Shown: positions 10,666-20,470 of the stretch, one piece after another
How positions within the stretch are numbered: position 1 is the first letter of the stretch
How the letters are laid out: each line of letters begins with the position of its first letter
Assembly: GCA_963798915.1 (NCBI GenBank)
Contig: CAWCVB010000001.1
Span: 270,216 to 334,215, forward strand
Reading direction: 5' to 3'
Source: an uncultured Gemmatimonadales bacterium
GTDB lineage: Bacteria > Gemmatimonadota > Gemmatimonadetes > Gemmatimonadales > GWC2-71-9
DNA: 64,000 bases
Notes under the pieces: generated by a model
The model's input: the letters and a program-made list of their open reading frames with translations, nothing else
Database searches by the model: none
What the model was told of the DNA's origin: nothing
Position numbers and translations under genes: made by a program

Positions 10666-12105
10666 TCACTGCGACAGCAGGGCCGGAAGCAGTACATGCG
10701 CCATGACCTCGTTGGCGGGCGATTCCACATTGAAGGCGCCACCGGTAAAGACCGCGATCAGGTCGAGCGACGGCACGAGATACACCTTCTGCCCGCCGTT
10801 GCCCGAAAGCATGACGGTATCTACCCGCCGGGTGCCATCCGGGGTCGGCACGGCGTACCAGCGATGCCAGATGCCCAAGCCGTAGTCGCTGTCGTCCACC
10901 CGGGACTGGGTGCTGACTGCGGCCGCGATCCACGCCTTGGAGATCACCTGGCGTCCCTGCCACTGGCCGTGCTGCTGTATGAGCAGGCCAAGCTTCAGCA
11001 TGTCGCGGGGCCGAAGATGGATCTGTCCAAAGTCATTGCGCTCGCTCTGGTCCAGCACAAAGCGCCAATGCCACTGGTCCGGCGCGACACCGAGGGGCCC
11101 GAAGAGCACCTGTTGGGCAAAGTCGGGCAGCGGCTTGCCGGCGGCGAGCTCGATCATCCGCCCGGCGGTTGCAAAGCCGAACGAACAATATTGCCCGACG
11201 GTCCCCGGCTCGGCGACGGCCGGCAGATCCATGAAGGCCCTGGGCCAGTCGGGCGTGTCGTACAGTTTCACCTCATTACCAGGCGACGCATCATCGTGGT
11301 CATCGCACGCGAGGCCGGACTGATTGCTCAGCAGGTTGGTGAGAGTGATACGTGACTTGCGGGAATCAGGATGGGCCACCGTCGAATACCCGAGGCGAGC
11401 CAGCACCGGCTCGTCGCGCCGCAGCAGGCCTCGATCAATGGCCGCACCGGCGAGCAGGGAAATCACGCTCTTGGTGAGCGAGCGCATCTGGTGGGGCCGC
11501 TCGCGGTCGTAGCCGTAGAAATACTCCTCCAGTACCAGCGCCCCCTTCCGGTACAGCAGAATCGAGCGGATATCAGGATAGCGCCCGTCAAGCACGCCAC
11601 TCACGATCTGCGCAGCGACGCTGCAGCGCACCGTCGTTGGGCCGGGCTGGGCGACCGGAATGCCGTCATGGAGCTTGGCGGGCTGGACGCAGCGATAGGG
11701 AGTGGGCGTTCCATTCGGGCCTGGCGGCCGAGGCGCGAGCAGCGCCCGCGCGGCGTCATCCACGGCGGGGGAGATCCGCGCGAATGTATCGCCGTGCTCC
11801 ATGAATGCCACGACGTGGCCGGCAGGGGCGCGCAGGAACGGAATCGAGTCGCCCCCCGGATTCGTGAACGTGTCTGCGGCGACCGGGCGGAGTCGGTACT
11901 TGGCCTCGTCGATGATCGCCACCAGGTCCGTGCTGTCCGCCACCATGAACAGACTGTCGCCATTGCGATAGTGGTAGAGCCCTTCGAACTGGGAGAGTGT
12001 CTGGCCTGGCGGCGGAGTATGGCCGTCCGTCGGCGATTGTGCCGCCGCGCGAGTCGCCGTGGCCGCCGCAACCAGGGCGGCGGCAAGCAATCGTGGAAGT
12101 GTCAT
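10666..12105 (-). CDS. Secreted serine hydrolase, beta-lactamase class C/NylB-like fold
   Basis: Signal peptide, SLTK (SxxK), LLSNQSG, PGTVGQY and SGNGGQ. Confidence 0.88.
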   Translation of the reverse strand: MTLPRLLAAALVAAATATRAAAQSPTDGHTPPPGQTLSQFEGLYHYRNGDSLFMVADSTDLVAIIDEAKYRLRPVAADTFTNPGGDSIPFLRAPAGHVVAFMEHGDTFARISPAVDDAARALLAPRPPGPNGTPTPYRCVQPAKLHDGIPVAQPGPTTVRCSVAAQIVSGVLDGRYPDIRSILLYRKGALVLEEYFYGYDRERPHQMRSLTKSVISLLAGAAIDRGLLRRDEPVLARLGYSTVAHPDSRKSRITLTNLLSNQSGLACDDHDDASPGNEVKLYDTPDWPRAFMDLPAVAEPGTVGQYCSFGFATAGRMIELAAGKPLPDFAQQVLFGPLGVAPDQWHWRFVLDQSERNDFGQIHLRPRDMLKLGLLIQQHGQWQGRQVISKAWIAAAVSTQSRVDDSDYGLGIWHRWYAVPTPDGTRRVDTVMLSGNGGQKVYLVPSLDLIAVFTGGAFNVESPANEVMAHVLLPALLSQ

Positions 12106-12257
12106 GCGTCTCAGTATAGAGCGGAAGGATGGAAGGCGCACGGGCCAGATGGCGAGACTGGTGTCGCGTTCAGGCGATCTGGCTGAAGCAGCTCAAGTCG
12201 CGTGACTTGCTCCGGAGCGTTGCTCACGAGATCCGTGGCTCTTCTCAGGGTGATCTG

Positions 12258-13100
12258 CTAGTGCACCCCCACCCTCCCCAGAAACCCATCCACCGCCCTG
12301 GTATACGCCGAGTCGGCGCCGAGCTGGCTGTCTATCTGCGCGTGACTCTTGTCGAGTGGCAGCACCGTGGCTTCGCCGCCCAGCTCGCTGGCCCGTGCCG
12401 CAAGTGCGCTCGCCTGCGCACACGAATTCCGCCGCCGGCTGGAGCAGACCAGCAGCAGCGGCACCGCCGCGTGATCCAACCTGAGGGTGGGTGAGACACT
12501 GCGCCAGTAGGCGGGATCCTTGCCGAAGGCGCGGTCGAACAGGCGGAGGTGCGGCGACTCCATGATGGCGACGATGTTGTACGAACCGGCGTCGAGCCCG
12601 ATGGTCCCGAGCCAGGGCCTCACGCCAGCACGCTGCGCAAGCGCGCTGTCTGCGGTCACGAGCGCCACGAGCTGCCCGCCCGCCGAGTGGCCCATCAGCA
12701 CCACTCGGCTGCCATCGCCACCCCAGCGCGCCGCATTCCGCTGTACGTACGCTACCGCCCGGGCCACGTCCTCCGCCTCGGCGCTGACATTCACCTCCGG
12801 CAGCATGCGGTAGTTGACCGAGACGACGATGTACCCCTCAGGCAGCCAGTGGCGCACCTTGTTCCGCACCACGCCGGAGGAGGTCTTGTCGCCGATAGCC
12901 CAGGCGCCGCCATGGACCATGACGATCACCGGCGCGCCATCGGCGTGCGCCGGCAGGTACACGTCCAGCCGCTGCCGGGTGGCTGGGCCGTAGGCCACGT
13001 CCCGCTCCACCCGCGCACCGGGCGGCAGGGTGGAGCGGCGCTGCGCCTGGAGCGGAGGCGCGAAGAGGAGAATGGAGATCGCGATGATCACGTGGCGCAC
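12258..13100 (-). CDS. Secreted alpha/beta hydrolase (esterase/lipase)
   Basis: Signal peptide, RLDVY, VHGGAW, SVNYR, nucleophile elbow GHSAGG and a C-terminal His. Confidence 0.9.
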   Translation of the reverse strand: MRHVIIAISILLFAPPLQAQRRSTLPPGARVERDVAYGPATRQRLDVYLPAHADGAPVIVMVHGGAWAIGDKTSSGVVRNKVRHWLPEGYIVVSVNYRMLPEVNVSAEAEDVARAVAYVQRNAARWGGDGSRVVLMGHSAGGQLVALVTADSALAQRAGVRPWLGTIGLDAGSYNIVAIMESPHLRLFDRAFGKDPAYWRSVSPTLRLDHAAVPLLLVCSSRRRNSCAQASALAARASELGGEATVLPLDKSHAQIDSQLGADSAYTRAVDGFLGRVGVH

Positions 13101-13135
13101 GCTGTGGCTCCCCAGTTCGGCCCGAGAAGGACGGC

Positions 13136-13468
13136 TTACAGATTCTCCTGGATGAACCGGGGACTCAGGTGCACGTCTACCTGCACCAATGGCTCATCGC
13201 CAATAGCCGTGAACCCGTGCACTTCACCAGCCTTGATGACGAAGATGTCGCCGGCACGACCTTCGAATTCCTGGCCGTTGACCTGCCACCGCCCGCGCCC
13301 CGATCGCACGAACTGGACTTCATCGTACGGATGGCGATGTGGACCCGGCCCCTTGCCCGGCTCGGCGCTCAGCAGGAACACGGAAATACCGGTGTCGCCC
13401 TGGTCGGCACCGACAAAGTTGTAGGAACTGCCGATGAAGGGAAGGTCCTCCTGCCGGACGTGGTGCAT
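13136..13468 (-). CDS. Cupin domain protein
   Basis: PHRHPYDE motif 1 and GDIFVIKAGEVHGF motif 2. Confidence 0.88.
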   Translation of the reverse strand: MHHVRQEDLPFIGSSYNFVGADQGDTGISVFLLSAEPGKGPGPHRHPYDEVQFVRSGRGRWQVNGQEFEGRAGDIFVIKAGEVHGFTAIGDEPLVQVDVHLSPRFIQENL

Positions 13469-13519
13469 GGTGTACCTCGTGGAGGGTCGAGGGTCGATGG
13501 TCGCAGGTCGCCAGGCGGT

Positions 13520-13603
13520 GTCATTGCGAGGAGGCGCCGTAGGGGGGAGGCTTGCCTCGCCAGGGGGAGGCTTGCCTCGCCCGCAGGCGCCGACGAAGCA
13601 ATC
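13520..13603. repeat. Palindromic element (GTCATTGCGAG...GAAGCAATC) with two internal GGGGGAGGCTTGCCTCGCC hairpins
   Basis: Seen directly. The left end GTCATTGCGAG recurs at 38472. Confidence 0.7.
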
Positions 13604-13810
13604 CTGCAGTCCATACGTGATCTCTTGGCCGATGTCTACCTGGTCGCCAGCGTCCGACCTCTGGCTGAACTCTGGCGAAGATCACGGTCGGGCCGCAAGG
13701 TTGCTTTGCACGCCCGATGGGCGTACTCGCAATGACAGCGCATGGCTGAGCTCCTGCCCGCCCTGCCCGCCCTGCCCGCCCTGCCCGCCTTGCCCGTCCT
13801 GCCGAGCCGC

Positions 13811-15328
13811 CTATCCCGCCACCCGCCGCTCCATGTCCCGCTCCACCGTCCGCATGGCCAGCAGTACCACCAGCCCGCCCACCATGGCCACCACCGGCAG
13901 GAGCAGCACGGCGCGCTGGATCCCGAACCGGTCGGAAAGGCCGCCCACCAGTGGAAAGGCGATCGCGTCGCCCGCGAGATGAATGAAGAGGAGATACGCG
14001 CCGGCCACCGTGGCGCCAATCCGGGCTGGCACCACGTCAAAGATGGCGGCTGCGATGGGGCCATTGTAGAACGTGAGGAAGAAGATGCTCGCGGCAAAGA
14101 GCAGCCGGAACCAGGTCATGTCGCGCACCATGAGGAGCACCACCGCCAGCGCGCCGCCCGCCAGCATCCCGAAGGCAATGGTGATGATCCGTCCGGCAGG
14201 AGTGCGGCTCCGAAGCCAGTCTGCCATGACGCCGCCCGCGAGCGTGCCGAGCACGCCGAACACCAGCAGCCGCCAACCCAGCAGGTCGGACACATCCGCC
14301 GGGCTCATCCCCAGTTCCCGCGTGACGAATGTCGGCGCCCAGCCCACCAGTCCGTTCATGCCGAAACTGATGAGCGCGCCACCGGCAAAGACATACATCA
14401 GCGTGGGTGTGGCCAGCACGCGCTTGAGTGCGACCAGCATTTCGTCGAACGCGGTTCCCACCTCGCCGCCAAAAGGCGTGTCGTCGATCCGCTGCGAGCG
14501 GATCTGCCGCACCCATTGGAAGATGTTGAGCGCAAAACCTGCCCCGGCAATCATCGAGAACGCCGCAATGTCCCAGCGGCTGTCCGCCCCGAACCGCATG
14601 TCGAGCAGCACCGCCACAACCGAGGCGATGGCGAGCCCTATCAGCGTGGGGCCGAACTGGCGCACCAGTGAGTTGCCCCGCTCCTTGAGTTCCCGGAGGT
14701 GGGGTCGGACTCGCACCGGGGCGAGTACCCGCGAGGGGTCCCGAAGTCGCATGGCAAGAACGGCGCAGACGAACCCGGGCGCACCCACCACCATGAACGC
14801 GACCCGCCAGCCATAGGCGTCGGCCAGCTTGCCGCCCAGCCAGATGCCGAGGCCGCCGCCGATCACCAGGCCGGCCGAGAGGATGCCCATCGCCATGGCC
14901 CGCTTCCCGCCCGGGAAGTAGTCGGCGACCAGCGACGCCGCGGCGGCGCCGAAGGCCGCTTCGCCGATCCCGACCGCCGCTCGGCAGATGAAGAGCTGGT
15001 GATAACTGTCCACCAGCCCGCTCAGCACGGTGAACAGGCTCCAGAGCGCCACGCCGAAGGCGATCACCGCTCGGCGGCTCCGCAGGTCGCTCATGACCCC
15101 GAACGGAACCGCCGCGACCGAGAAGACGAGCACGTAGGCCGAACCGAGCCAGCCGAGCTGGGTGTCGGAAATGTGCAGCGCCGCCTTGATTGGCTCAAAA
15201 AGCGCGAAGACAACGTTGCGGTCGAGATAGTTGAGAAGATTGACGAACGAGAGCAGCAGCAGCGCGTACCAGGCATAGGCGCGGCTGGCGCCGCGGTCGC
15301 GGGTCGTCGGCCGCGGGTCGCGGGTCAT
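13811..15328 (-). CDS. MFS transporter, Spinster-like
   Basis: NLLNYLDR, ISDTQLG, MFS motif A (GVMSDLRSRR), RAAVGIGEA and YGWR. The N-terminus is encoded by heptamer repeats. Confidence 0.9.
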   Translation of the reverse strand: MTRDPRPTTRDRGASRAYAWYALLLLSFVNLLNYLDRNVVFALFEPIKAALHISDTQLGWLGSAYVLVFSVAAVPFGVMSDLRSRRAVIAFGVALWSLFTVLSGLVDSYHQLFICRAAVGIGEAAFGAAAASLVADYFPGGKRAMAMGILSAGLVIGGGLGIWLGGKLADAYGWRVAFMVVGAPGFVCAVLAMRLRDPSRVLAPVRVRPHLRELKERGNSLVRQFGPTLIGLAIASVVAVLLDMRFGADSRWDIAAFSMIAGAGFALNIFQWVRQIRSQRIDDTPFGGEVGTAFDEMLVALKRVLATPTLMYVFAGGALISFGMNGLVGWAPTFVTRELGMSPADVSDLLGWRLLVFGVLGTLAGGVMADWLRSRTPAGRIITIAFGMLAGGALAVVLLMVRDMTWFRLLFAASIFFLTFYNGPIAAAIFDVVPARIGATVAGAYLLFIHLAGDAIAFPLVGGLSDRFGIQRAVLLLPVVAMVGGLVVLLAMRTVERDMERRVAG

Positions 15329-15470
15329 GGGTCGCGGGTCATGAGTCGCGGGTCATGGGTCGCGGGTCATGGGTCGTGAGTCATGGGTCGAGGGTCATGG
15401 GTCGCGGGTCAGGCGGCTCACGACTCACGACTCACGACCCGTGACCCGTAGTTCACGACTCACGACTCGC
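15296..15470. repeat. Heptamer tract (GGGTCAT/GGGTCGC)n followed by an inverted (CGACTCA)n tract
   Basis: Seen directly. Overlaps the MFS start and the DHS stop. Confidence 0.9.
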
Positions 15471-16598
15471 AACCTGCGATTTCTCCGCGCGCTGATCCCG
15501 GAACTCAACTGCCTTCCGGTATTCATTCAGCAACCGCTCCATCATCTGCTCGCGCCGGTCGTAGAGCCGCCGGAGCGGCCGGAATGCGTGCCGCGCACAG
15601 GCGTAGGACGTGAGCAGCGGCAGGGCGACGGTGTTGTCCATGTAGCAGACTACCGTACCCGGCAACTGATCGGGATCAATCTTGCCCCAGCTCACGGCTT
15701 CGGCAGGCGTCGCACCGGAGAGGCCCCCCGTGTCCGGACGGGCATCGGTCAGTTGCAGAAAGTAGTCGTGGCCCCGCTCGTCGATGCCGAGCACTTCCTG
15801 GATCTGCGGCTCAGTCTGGAGCATGAAGTTCTTGGGACTGCCGCCGCCGGCAATGAGCACGCCACTTCGGCCGCCGGTGCGCTTGGCGTCGAGCACGATG
15901 GCGGCCGTCTCGTTGACGTCCGCGCTGACATCGAACCGCAGCTTGCTGCCGGCGAGCGCCTGTTCCGCCACATTCATGCCGATACTGCTGTCGCCGGGCG
16001 AGCTGGTATAGAGCGGCACACCCAGCTCGTGCGCCGCGCTCAGCACCGATCGCCGCCGAAGCCCCAGTGCCTGTTCCCGCTCCCGCACGTACCCGCCCAG
16101 GAGGTAGTGATATTCCGCCGTGCTCATGGACCGCTGAAATTCCTCGCGCGCCGACACCTCGCGAATGAACGCGTCGGTGGACAGGAGCACGTCATAATCG
16201 AAGAAGATATCGTAGATCCGCACCACACCCTCTTCGCGCAATTCGATGTCATTGGCGTGAGGCGTGCCGCGGCGCATGGCGAGATCGAGCCCGAAATGCG
16301 CGTCGTGATAGAGGTTGGCGCCGGTGGAGATGATCCAGTCCACGAAGCCCATTTCCATCAGCGGAATGAGGCAGCTCATGCCCAGCCCGGCCGGCGTCAT
16401 GGCCCCGGTCAGCGTCATCCCGACCGTCACCTCGGGCTCGAGCATGCGCTGGACAAAGAGCTGGCAGCCCTCGCGGAGACGCCCCGCGTTGTAGGCCAGG
16501 AAGGCATTCTCTATGAGATCGGCCGCGGTCTCCTTGCCGGTGATCGCGGTAGGATTGATGCGCTGGCCGCGCAGGTGGCGGCTGGGTGTGTTGGGCAT
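15453..16598 (-). CDS. Deoxyhypusine synthase-like protein (bacterial SpeY/homospermidine pathway type)
   Basis: [46 protein letters not shown] (catalytic Lys). Confidence 0.9.
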   Translation of the reverse strand: MPNTPSRHLRGQRINPTAITGKETAADLIENAFLAYNAGRLREGCQLFVQRMLEPEVTVGMTLTGAMTPAGLGMSCLIPLMEMGFVDWIISTGANLYHDAHFGLDLAMRRGTPHANDIELREEGVVRIYDIFFDYDVLLSTDAFIREVSAREEFQRSMSTAEYHYLLGGYVREREQALGLRRRSVLSAAHELGVPLYTSSPGDSSIGMNVAEQALAGSKLRFDVSADVNETAAIVLDAKRTGGRSGVLIAGGGSPKNFMLQTEPQIQEVLGIDERGHDYFLQLTDARPDTGGLSGATPAEAVSWGKIDPDQLPGTVVCYMDNTVALPLLTSYACARHAFRPLRRLYDRREQMMERLLNEYRKAVEFRDQRAEKSQVASRES

Positions 16599-16630
16599 GC
16601 GTGGTATCCCCATATGACGTTGGCGGAATC

Positions 16631-16672
16631 GTAACGGTAGGGGCAAAGCCATGGCTTTGCCCCTACCGTTAC
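16631..16672. repeat. Perfect 42-bp palindrome, GTAG-type REP
   Basis: GTAACGGTAGGGGCAAAGCCA|TGGCTTTGCCCCTACCGTTAC. Relatives lie at 9147-9171 and 18654-18766. Confidence 0.92.
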
Positions 16673-17466
16673 ATCTCCGCCATCTTCCTGTCCCCCGTCG
16701 CCGGTTTCCCCGCAATCTCGTGGTCCGGCTTGTTGGCTCGCGCCTTGAGCACAAAATCCGCCGCCTCGCGGGGGCTGTCGGTAAGGGAGAGAAGCAGCAT
16801 GTCGGCCTCGCCCACCTTCCCCTCCGCCAGCACCGACTCGCGAAGCCAGTCCATGAGCCCCGCCCAGTACCTGGTGCCGAACAGGATCACCGGGAAATGC
16901 TTGATCTTTCCCGTCTGGATCAGGGTCAGCGCCTCCATCAGCTCATCCATGGTTCCGAAGCCGCCCGGGAAGACGATGAATGCGGTGGAATATTTCACGA
17001 ACATGGTCTTCCGCACGAAGAAGAAGCGGAAGTTGATGCCCCGCCGGACATACGGGTTGGTGCCCTGCTCGAAGGGCAGCTCGATATTGCAGCCAATCGA
17101 GAGACCGCCGCCCTCCACCGCGCCGCGGTTGGCCGCCTCCATGATGCCGGGGCCACCCCCCGTGATGATGGGGATGCCCTCCTGCGCCAGGATTCTCGCG
17201 GTCTCCACTGCGGCCTGGTAGGCCGGGTCCGTGGGTGGCGTGCGCGCCGAGCCGAAGATGCTGACGCCGTCGATCACATCGCCCAGGGCATCGAACCCTT
17301 CGACGAATTCTCCCATGATCCGGAAGACCCGCCAGGGATCGGTCTTGAGCATCGCGTCGGGCCGCAGCTTGGGCTGCGGTCCCTCCAGCAGCATTTCGTC
17401 TTCAGTGGGCCGCTTGGGCTCCGCACCGGACGGATAGGGACGGCGGGTGTTGTCGGAATCAGCCAC
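16669..17466 (-). CDS. LOG family nucleotide phosphoribohydrolase (TIGR00730)
   Basis: [31 protein letters not shown] and PGGFGTMDE. Confidence 0.93.
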   Translation of the reverse strand: MADSDNTRRPYPSGAEPKRPTEDEMLLEGPQPKLRPDAMLKTDPWRVFRIMGEFVEGFDALGDVIDGVSIFGSARTPPTDPAYQAAVETARILAQEGIPIITGGGPGIMEAANRGAVEGGGLSIGCNIELPFEQGTNPYVRRGINFRFFFVRKTMFVKYSTAFIVFPGGFGTMDELMEALTLIQTGKIKHFPVILFGTRYWAGLMDWLRESVLAEGKVGEADMLLLSLTDSPREAADFVLKARANKPDHEIAGKPATGDRKMAEM

Positions 17467-18604
17467 GGGTCAGCTGCGCAATCAGGGCCCGGCAATCGTC
17501 GGGCACGTTGTAGAAGTACGGCGAGACACGGACGTGTCCCGGCCGAGCGTCGGTCACGATATGGGCCTGGGCCAGCCGGGCCACGTCGGCATGAGGATCG
17601 TCAGCCGGAATCATGATAATGGCGGCCCGCTCCGCTGGCGATGATGCCACCGTCGGCGCAAAGCCTGCGGCCCTGAGCTGCTCCAGGCAGTCCTCCGTGA
17701 GCGCCGAGGTGCGCCGGCGTATGGCTTCAATGCCCAGTTCCTCCCAGATCTCCAGCCCGCCGAGCTGAGCATAGACCGGGAGCAGCGGCGGCGTGCCCAT
17801 CTCGAGCCGCCGCGCGTCGGCATGGAACTCGAGCGCGCGGACATCGAACTTGAACTGATCCCGATGCGCAAACCATCCCGTGGCGTGGGGATACAGGTCG
17901 CGCGTGATGTCTGGCGAGGCATAAAGGAAGGCGACGCCGGCACCGCCCATGAGCCACTTGAGGCCGCCCGCGCAGTAGAAGTCCGCGCCCGAGCGCTTGA
18001 CATCGACCGGGATCTGCCCCGCCGCCTGATAGCCGTCAATCAGGCAGAGGGCGCCCCGCCGGTGTGCCAGCGCCGCAATGGACTCGACATCCTGGATGGC
18101 ACCCGTGGTGAAGAAGACGTGGCTGGTGGCCACGATGGCCGTCTGGTCATCGATGGCCCGTTGGTACATCTCAAGTGGAACGCTGATGCCGTCGGGACTC
18201 TCGAGGATGATGACTTCGACCCCAAGGTCCTGCCGCGCGAGCCACTGGTAACTGATCGTCGGAAAATCGAGACTGGTGACGATGACCTTGTTCCGTCGGG
18301 AATACTCGATCGACTCGGCCACCACGGTCAGCGCCGAAGAGATGCTGGGGTGCAGCGCGATCTCGCCCGCCCCGGCGCCGACGACCCGGCCGTAGCGCTC
18401 CCGCAATTCCTGCAGCGCCGCCCACCAGACATCGTACCACGCCGCCGCTCCCCGGCTCTCCCAGAGATCGAGGTACTGGTTGATCTTCCGCCGGGTCCGG
18501 ATGCTGAGGGCGCCCAGGGAACAGCTGTTGAGATAGACGGAATGCTGATAGATGGGGAATTCGTCCCGGCAGGTCGGAATGGCCATCGGGTCTGGGTTGG
18601 GCAT
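17459..18604 (-). CDS. PLP-dependent aminotransferase class V, kynureninase-like
   Basis: YLNSCSLG, DFPT, SHVFFTTG, IDGYQAAG, GLKWLMGG (PLP Lys), LEMGTP and RVSPYFYN. Start at MPNPDP. Confidence 0.82.
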   Translation of the reverse strand: MPNPDPMAIPTCRDEFPIYQHSVYLNSCSLGALSIRTRRKINQYLDLWESRGAAAWYDVWWAALQELRERYGRVVGAGAGEIALHPSISSALTVVAESIEYSRRNKVIVTSLDFPTISYQWLARQDLGVEVIILESPDGISVPLEMYQRAIDDQTAIVATSHVFFTTGAIQDVESIAALAHRRGALCLIDGYQAAGQIPVDVKRSGADFYCAGGLKWLMGGAGVAFLYASPDITRDLYPHATGWFAHRDQFKFDVRALEFHADARRLEMGTPPLLPVYAQLGGLEIWEELGIEAIRRRTSALTEDCLEQLRAAGFAPTVASSPAERAAIIMIPADDPHADVARLAQAHIVTDARPGHVRVSPYFYNVPDDCRALIAQLTRG

Positions 18605-18653
18605 GAGGGAATATAGGGTCGAGGGTCGAGGGTCGAGGGTCGAGGGTCGCATC

Positions 18654-18766
18654 GGGCAGAGCCATGGCTCTGCCTGTACGAAGGTCAGGCGTGGCGTCAG
18701 GGGCAGAGCCGTGGCTCTGCCCGTACGAGGGTCGAGGGGCGCATCGGGCAGGGCCATGGCTCTGCC
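18654..18766. repeat. Three tandem palindromic REP copies (GGGCAGAGCCATGGCTCTGCC), BIME-like
   Basis: Copies start at 18654, 18701 and 18746. Confidence 0.88.
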
Positions 18767-18908
18767 TCAGGCAGCGAGGGATCTTGCCGACCGTGCTCCG
18801 GAGCCGGGTAAGCAGATCCTTCGCTTTGCTCAGGATGACACCTCTCGCGAACCGACGACCGACGACCCGATTACCTTTCTCCCACGTTGCCCGCCGGAGA
18901 TTGCGCCC

Positions 18909-19199
18909 TTGCCACCATCCGACCCGACCTGGCCCCGCTACCAAGGCTCCTGGAGCCGGCTGGTTCTGCGGCTGGCGGCCCGCGCCGCCGTTCGGCCTAC
19001 GCTTGCGCTCGATCTGCTCACAGCGGCCTGGGCATTTCGCCGGCGCGGATGGTGGCGACAGCCGCCCTTTCTTCCCCTTCCCGACCGCGTCTACCTCCGG
19101 TGGCGCATGTACACGGCGTATGCCGATGAAGCCGCCGTGCCACCCCTCGACGACGTGATCCGCTTTGTGCGGTGGCGACGGGAGCTGCTCCGCCCATGA
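18909..19199 (+). CDS. Small conserved hypothetical protein
   Basis: AWAFRRRGWWRQPPFLPLPDRVYLRWRMYTAY. ATGA overlap with ndh. The TTG start after GGAG is uncertain. Confidence 0.65.
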   Translation: MPPSDPTWPRYQGSWSRLVLRLAARAAVRPTLALDLLTAAWAFRRRGWWRQPPFLPLPDRVYLRWRMYTAYADEAAVPPLDDVIRFVRWRRELLRP

Positions 19200-20470
19200 G
19201 GCACGTCGTCATTCTGGGCGGTGGCTTTGCGGGACTCTACGCCGCGCGGGCGCTCAAGGGCGCGCCGGTCCACGTCACCGTCATCGACCGCACCAATCAT
19301 CACCTGTTCCAGCCGATGCTCTACCAGGTGGCGACGGCGGCCCTGAGCCCGAGCGATATCGCCTATCCGATCCGATCGGTGCTCAGGCGACACAAGAACA
19401 CCGACGTGCTCCTCGGCGAGGTGAGCCGAATTGATGTGAAGGGTCGAAGAGTCCAGTTGACCGATAGTCGTAGTATTCACTACGACTATCTGCTCGTGGC
19501 GGTTGGCGCGCACCACTCCTACTTCGGTCATGACCAGTGGGAGCCGCTGGCGCCTGGCCTCAAGGCCATTACCGATGCCCTCGAAGTCCGCCGCCGGATT
19601 CTGCTGGCATTCGAGCTGGCAGAGCAGGAACCTGATCCGGCGCGGCGCCAGGCGCTGCTCAACTTCGTCATCGTGGGCGCGGGGCCGACCGGCGTGGAAG
19701 TGGCCGGCGCTATCGCCGAGATCAAGGAGAAGACCCTTCGCCGGGACTTCAGGAACATCAACCCGCGATCGGCCAAGGTGGTGCTGGTGGAGGCTGGCGA
19801 GCGGGTGCTGCCGCCCTATCCCCCCAAGCTGAGCGAGGCAGCCCAGCGCACGCTCGAACGGCTGGGTGTGGAGGTGCGCACTGGCGCCATGGTGACCGAT
19901 GTGCGTCACGACGGTGTCAGCATGGGTGCTGACTTTATACCGTCGCGCTGCGTCATCTGGGCTGCCGGTAACAAAGCGAGCCCGGTGCTCCAGACAATGG
20001 AGGCGCCGCTCGATCGCCAGGGACGGGTGCTGGTGCAGCCGGACCTGACCATACCGGGCCATCCTGAAGTTTTCGTGCTGGGTGATGCCGCGGCCTTTAC
20101 CCATCAGCCAGGATACAACGGACCCCTTCCTGCGCTTTCGCCAGTCGCGATCCAGATGGGCCACTACGCCGCTCGGCGGATCCGCGAGGAAACCGCCGAC
20201 AACGCACTCGTGGAACGGCGCCGGCCGTTCAGGTATTTCGACAAGGGCCAGCTCGCTGTCATCGGACGCGGGCGCGCCGTGGCCGATCTGCGGAAGCTGA
20301 AATTCTCCGGCTTCTTTGCCTGGCTGGCGTGGATTTTTGTCCATATCGCCTACCTGATCGGATTCCGGAACCGCGTGATCGTCCTGACGGAATGGGCCAT
20401 TTCCTATTTCACCTACGGCAAGGGAGCTCGGCTCATCAACGGCCCCATCTCCAGTTCGGACTGTACGTGA
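19196..20470 (+). CDS. ndh: Type II NADH dehydrogenase
   Basis: VVILGGGFAG, HLFQPMLYQVATA, VIVGAGPTGVEVAG, VFVLGD, YFDKGQLAVIGR and WIFVHI. Confidence 0.92.
   Translation: MRHVVILGGGFAGLYAARALKGAPVHVTVIDRTNHHLFQPMLYQVATAALSPSDIAYPIRSVLRRHKNTDVLLGEVSRIDVKGRRVQLTDSRSIHYDYLLVAVGAHHSYFGHDQWEPLAPGLKAITDALEVRRRILLAFELAEQEPDPARRQALLNFVIVGAGPTGVEVAGAIAEIKEKTLRRDFRNINPRSAKVVLVEAGERVLPPYPPKLSEAAQRTLERLGVEVRTGAMVTDVRHDGVSMGADFIPSRCVIWAAGNKASPVLQTMEAPLDRQGRVLVQPDLTIPGHPEVFVLGDAAAFTHQPGYNGPLPALSPVAIQMGHYAARRIREETADNALVERRRPFRYFDKGQLAVIGRGRAVADLRKLKFSGFFAWLAWIFVHIAYLIGFRNRVIVLTEWAISYFTYGKGARLINGPISSSDCT

Noticed and set aside
10666..12105. Serine hydrolase as a true beta-lactamase resistance gene
   Set aside because: The motifs match the broad NylB/esterase-like family. 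Nothing specifically indicates AmpC-type activity.
12258..13100. Alpha/beta hydrolase as the missing kynurenine formamidase
   Set aside because: It has HGG.W and GHSAG motifs like eukaryotic-type formamidases, but it carries a signal peptide and is not linked to kynA.
18654..18766. Three palindromic 21-bp repeats with ~25-bp spacers resembling a mini CRISPR array
   Set aside because: The spacers resemble each other and the local heptamer, the repeat belongs to the REP family seen at 9147 and 16631, and there are no cas genes or leader.
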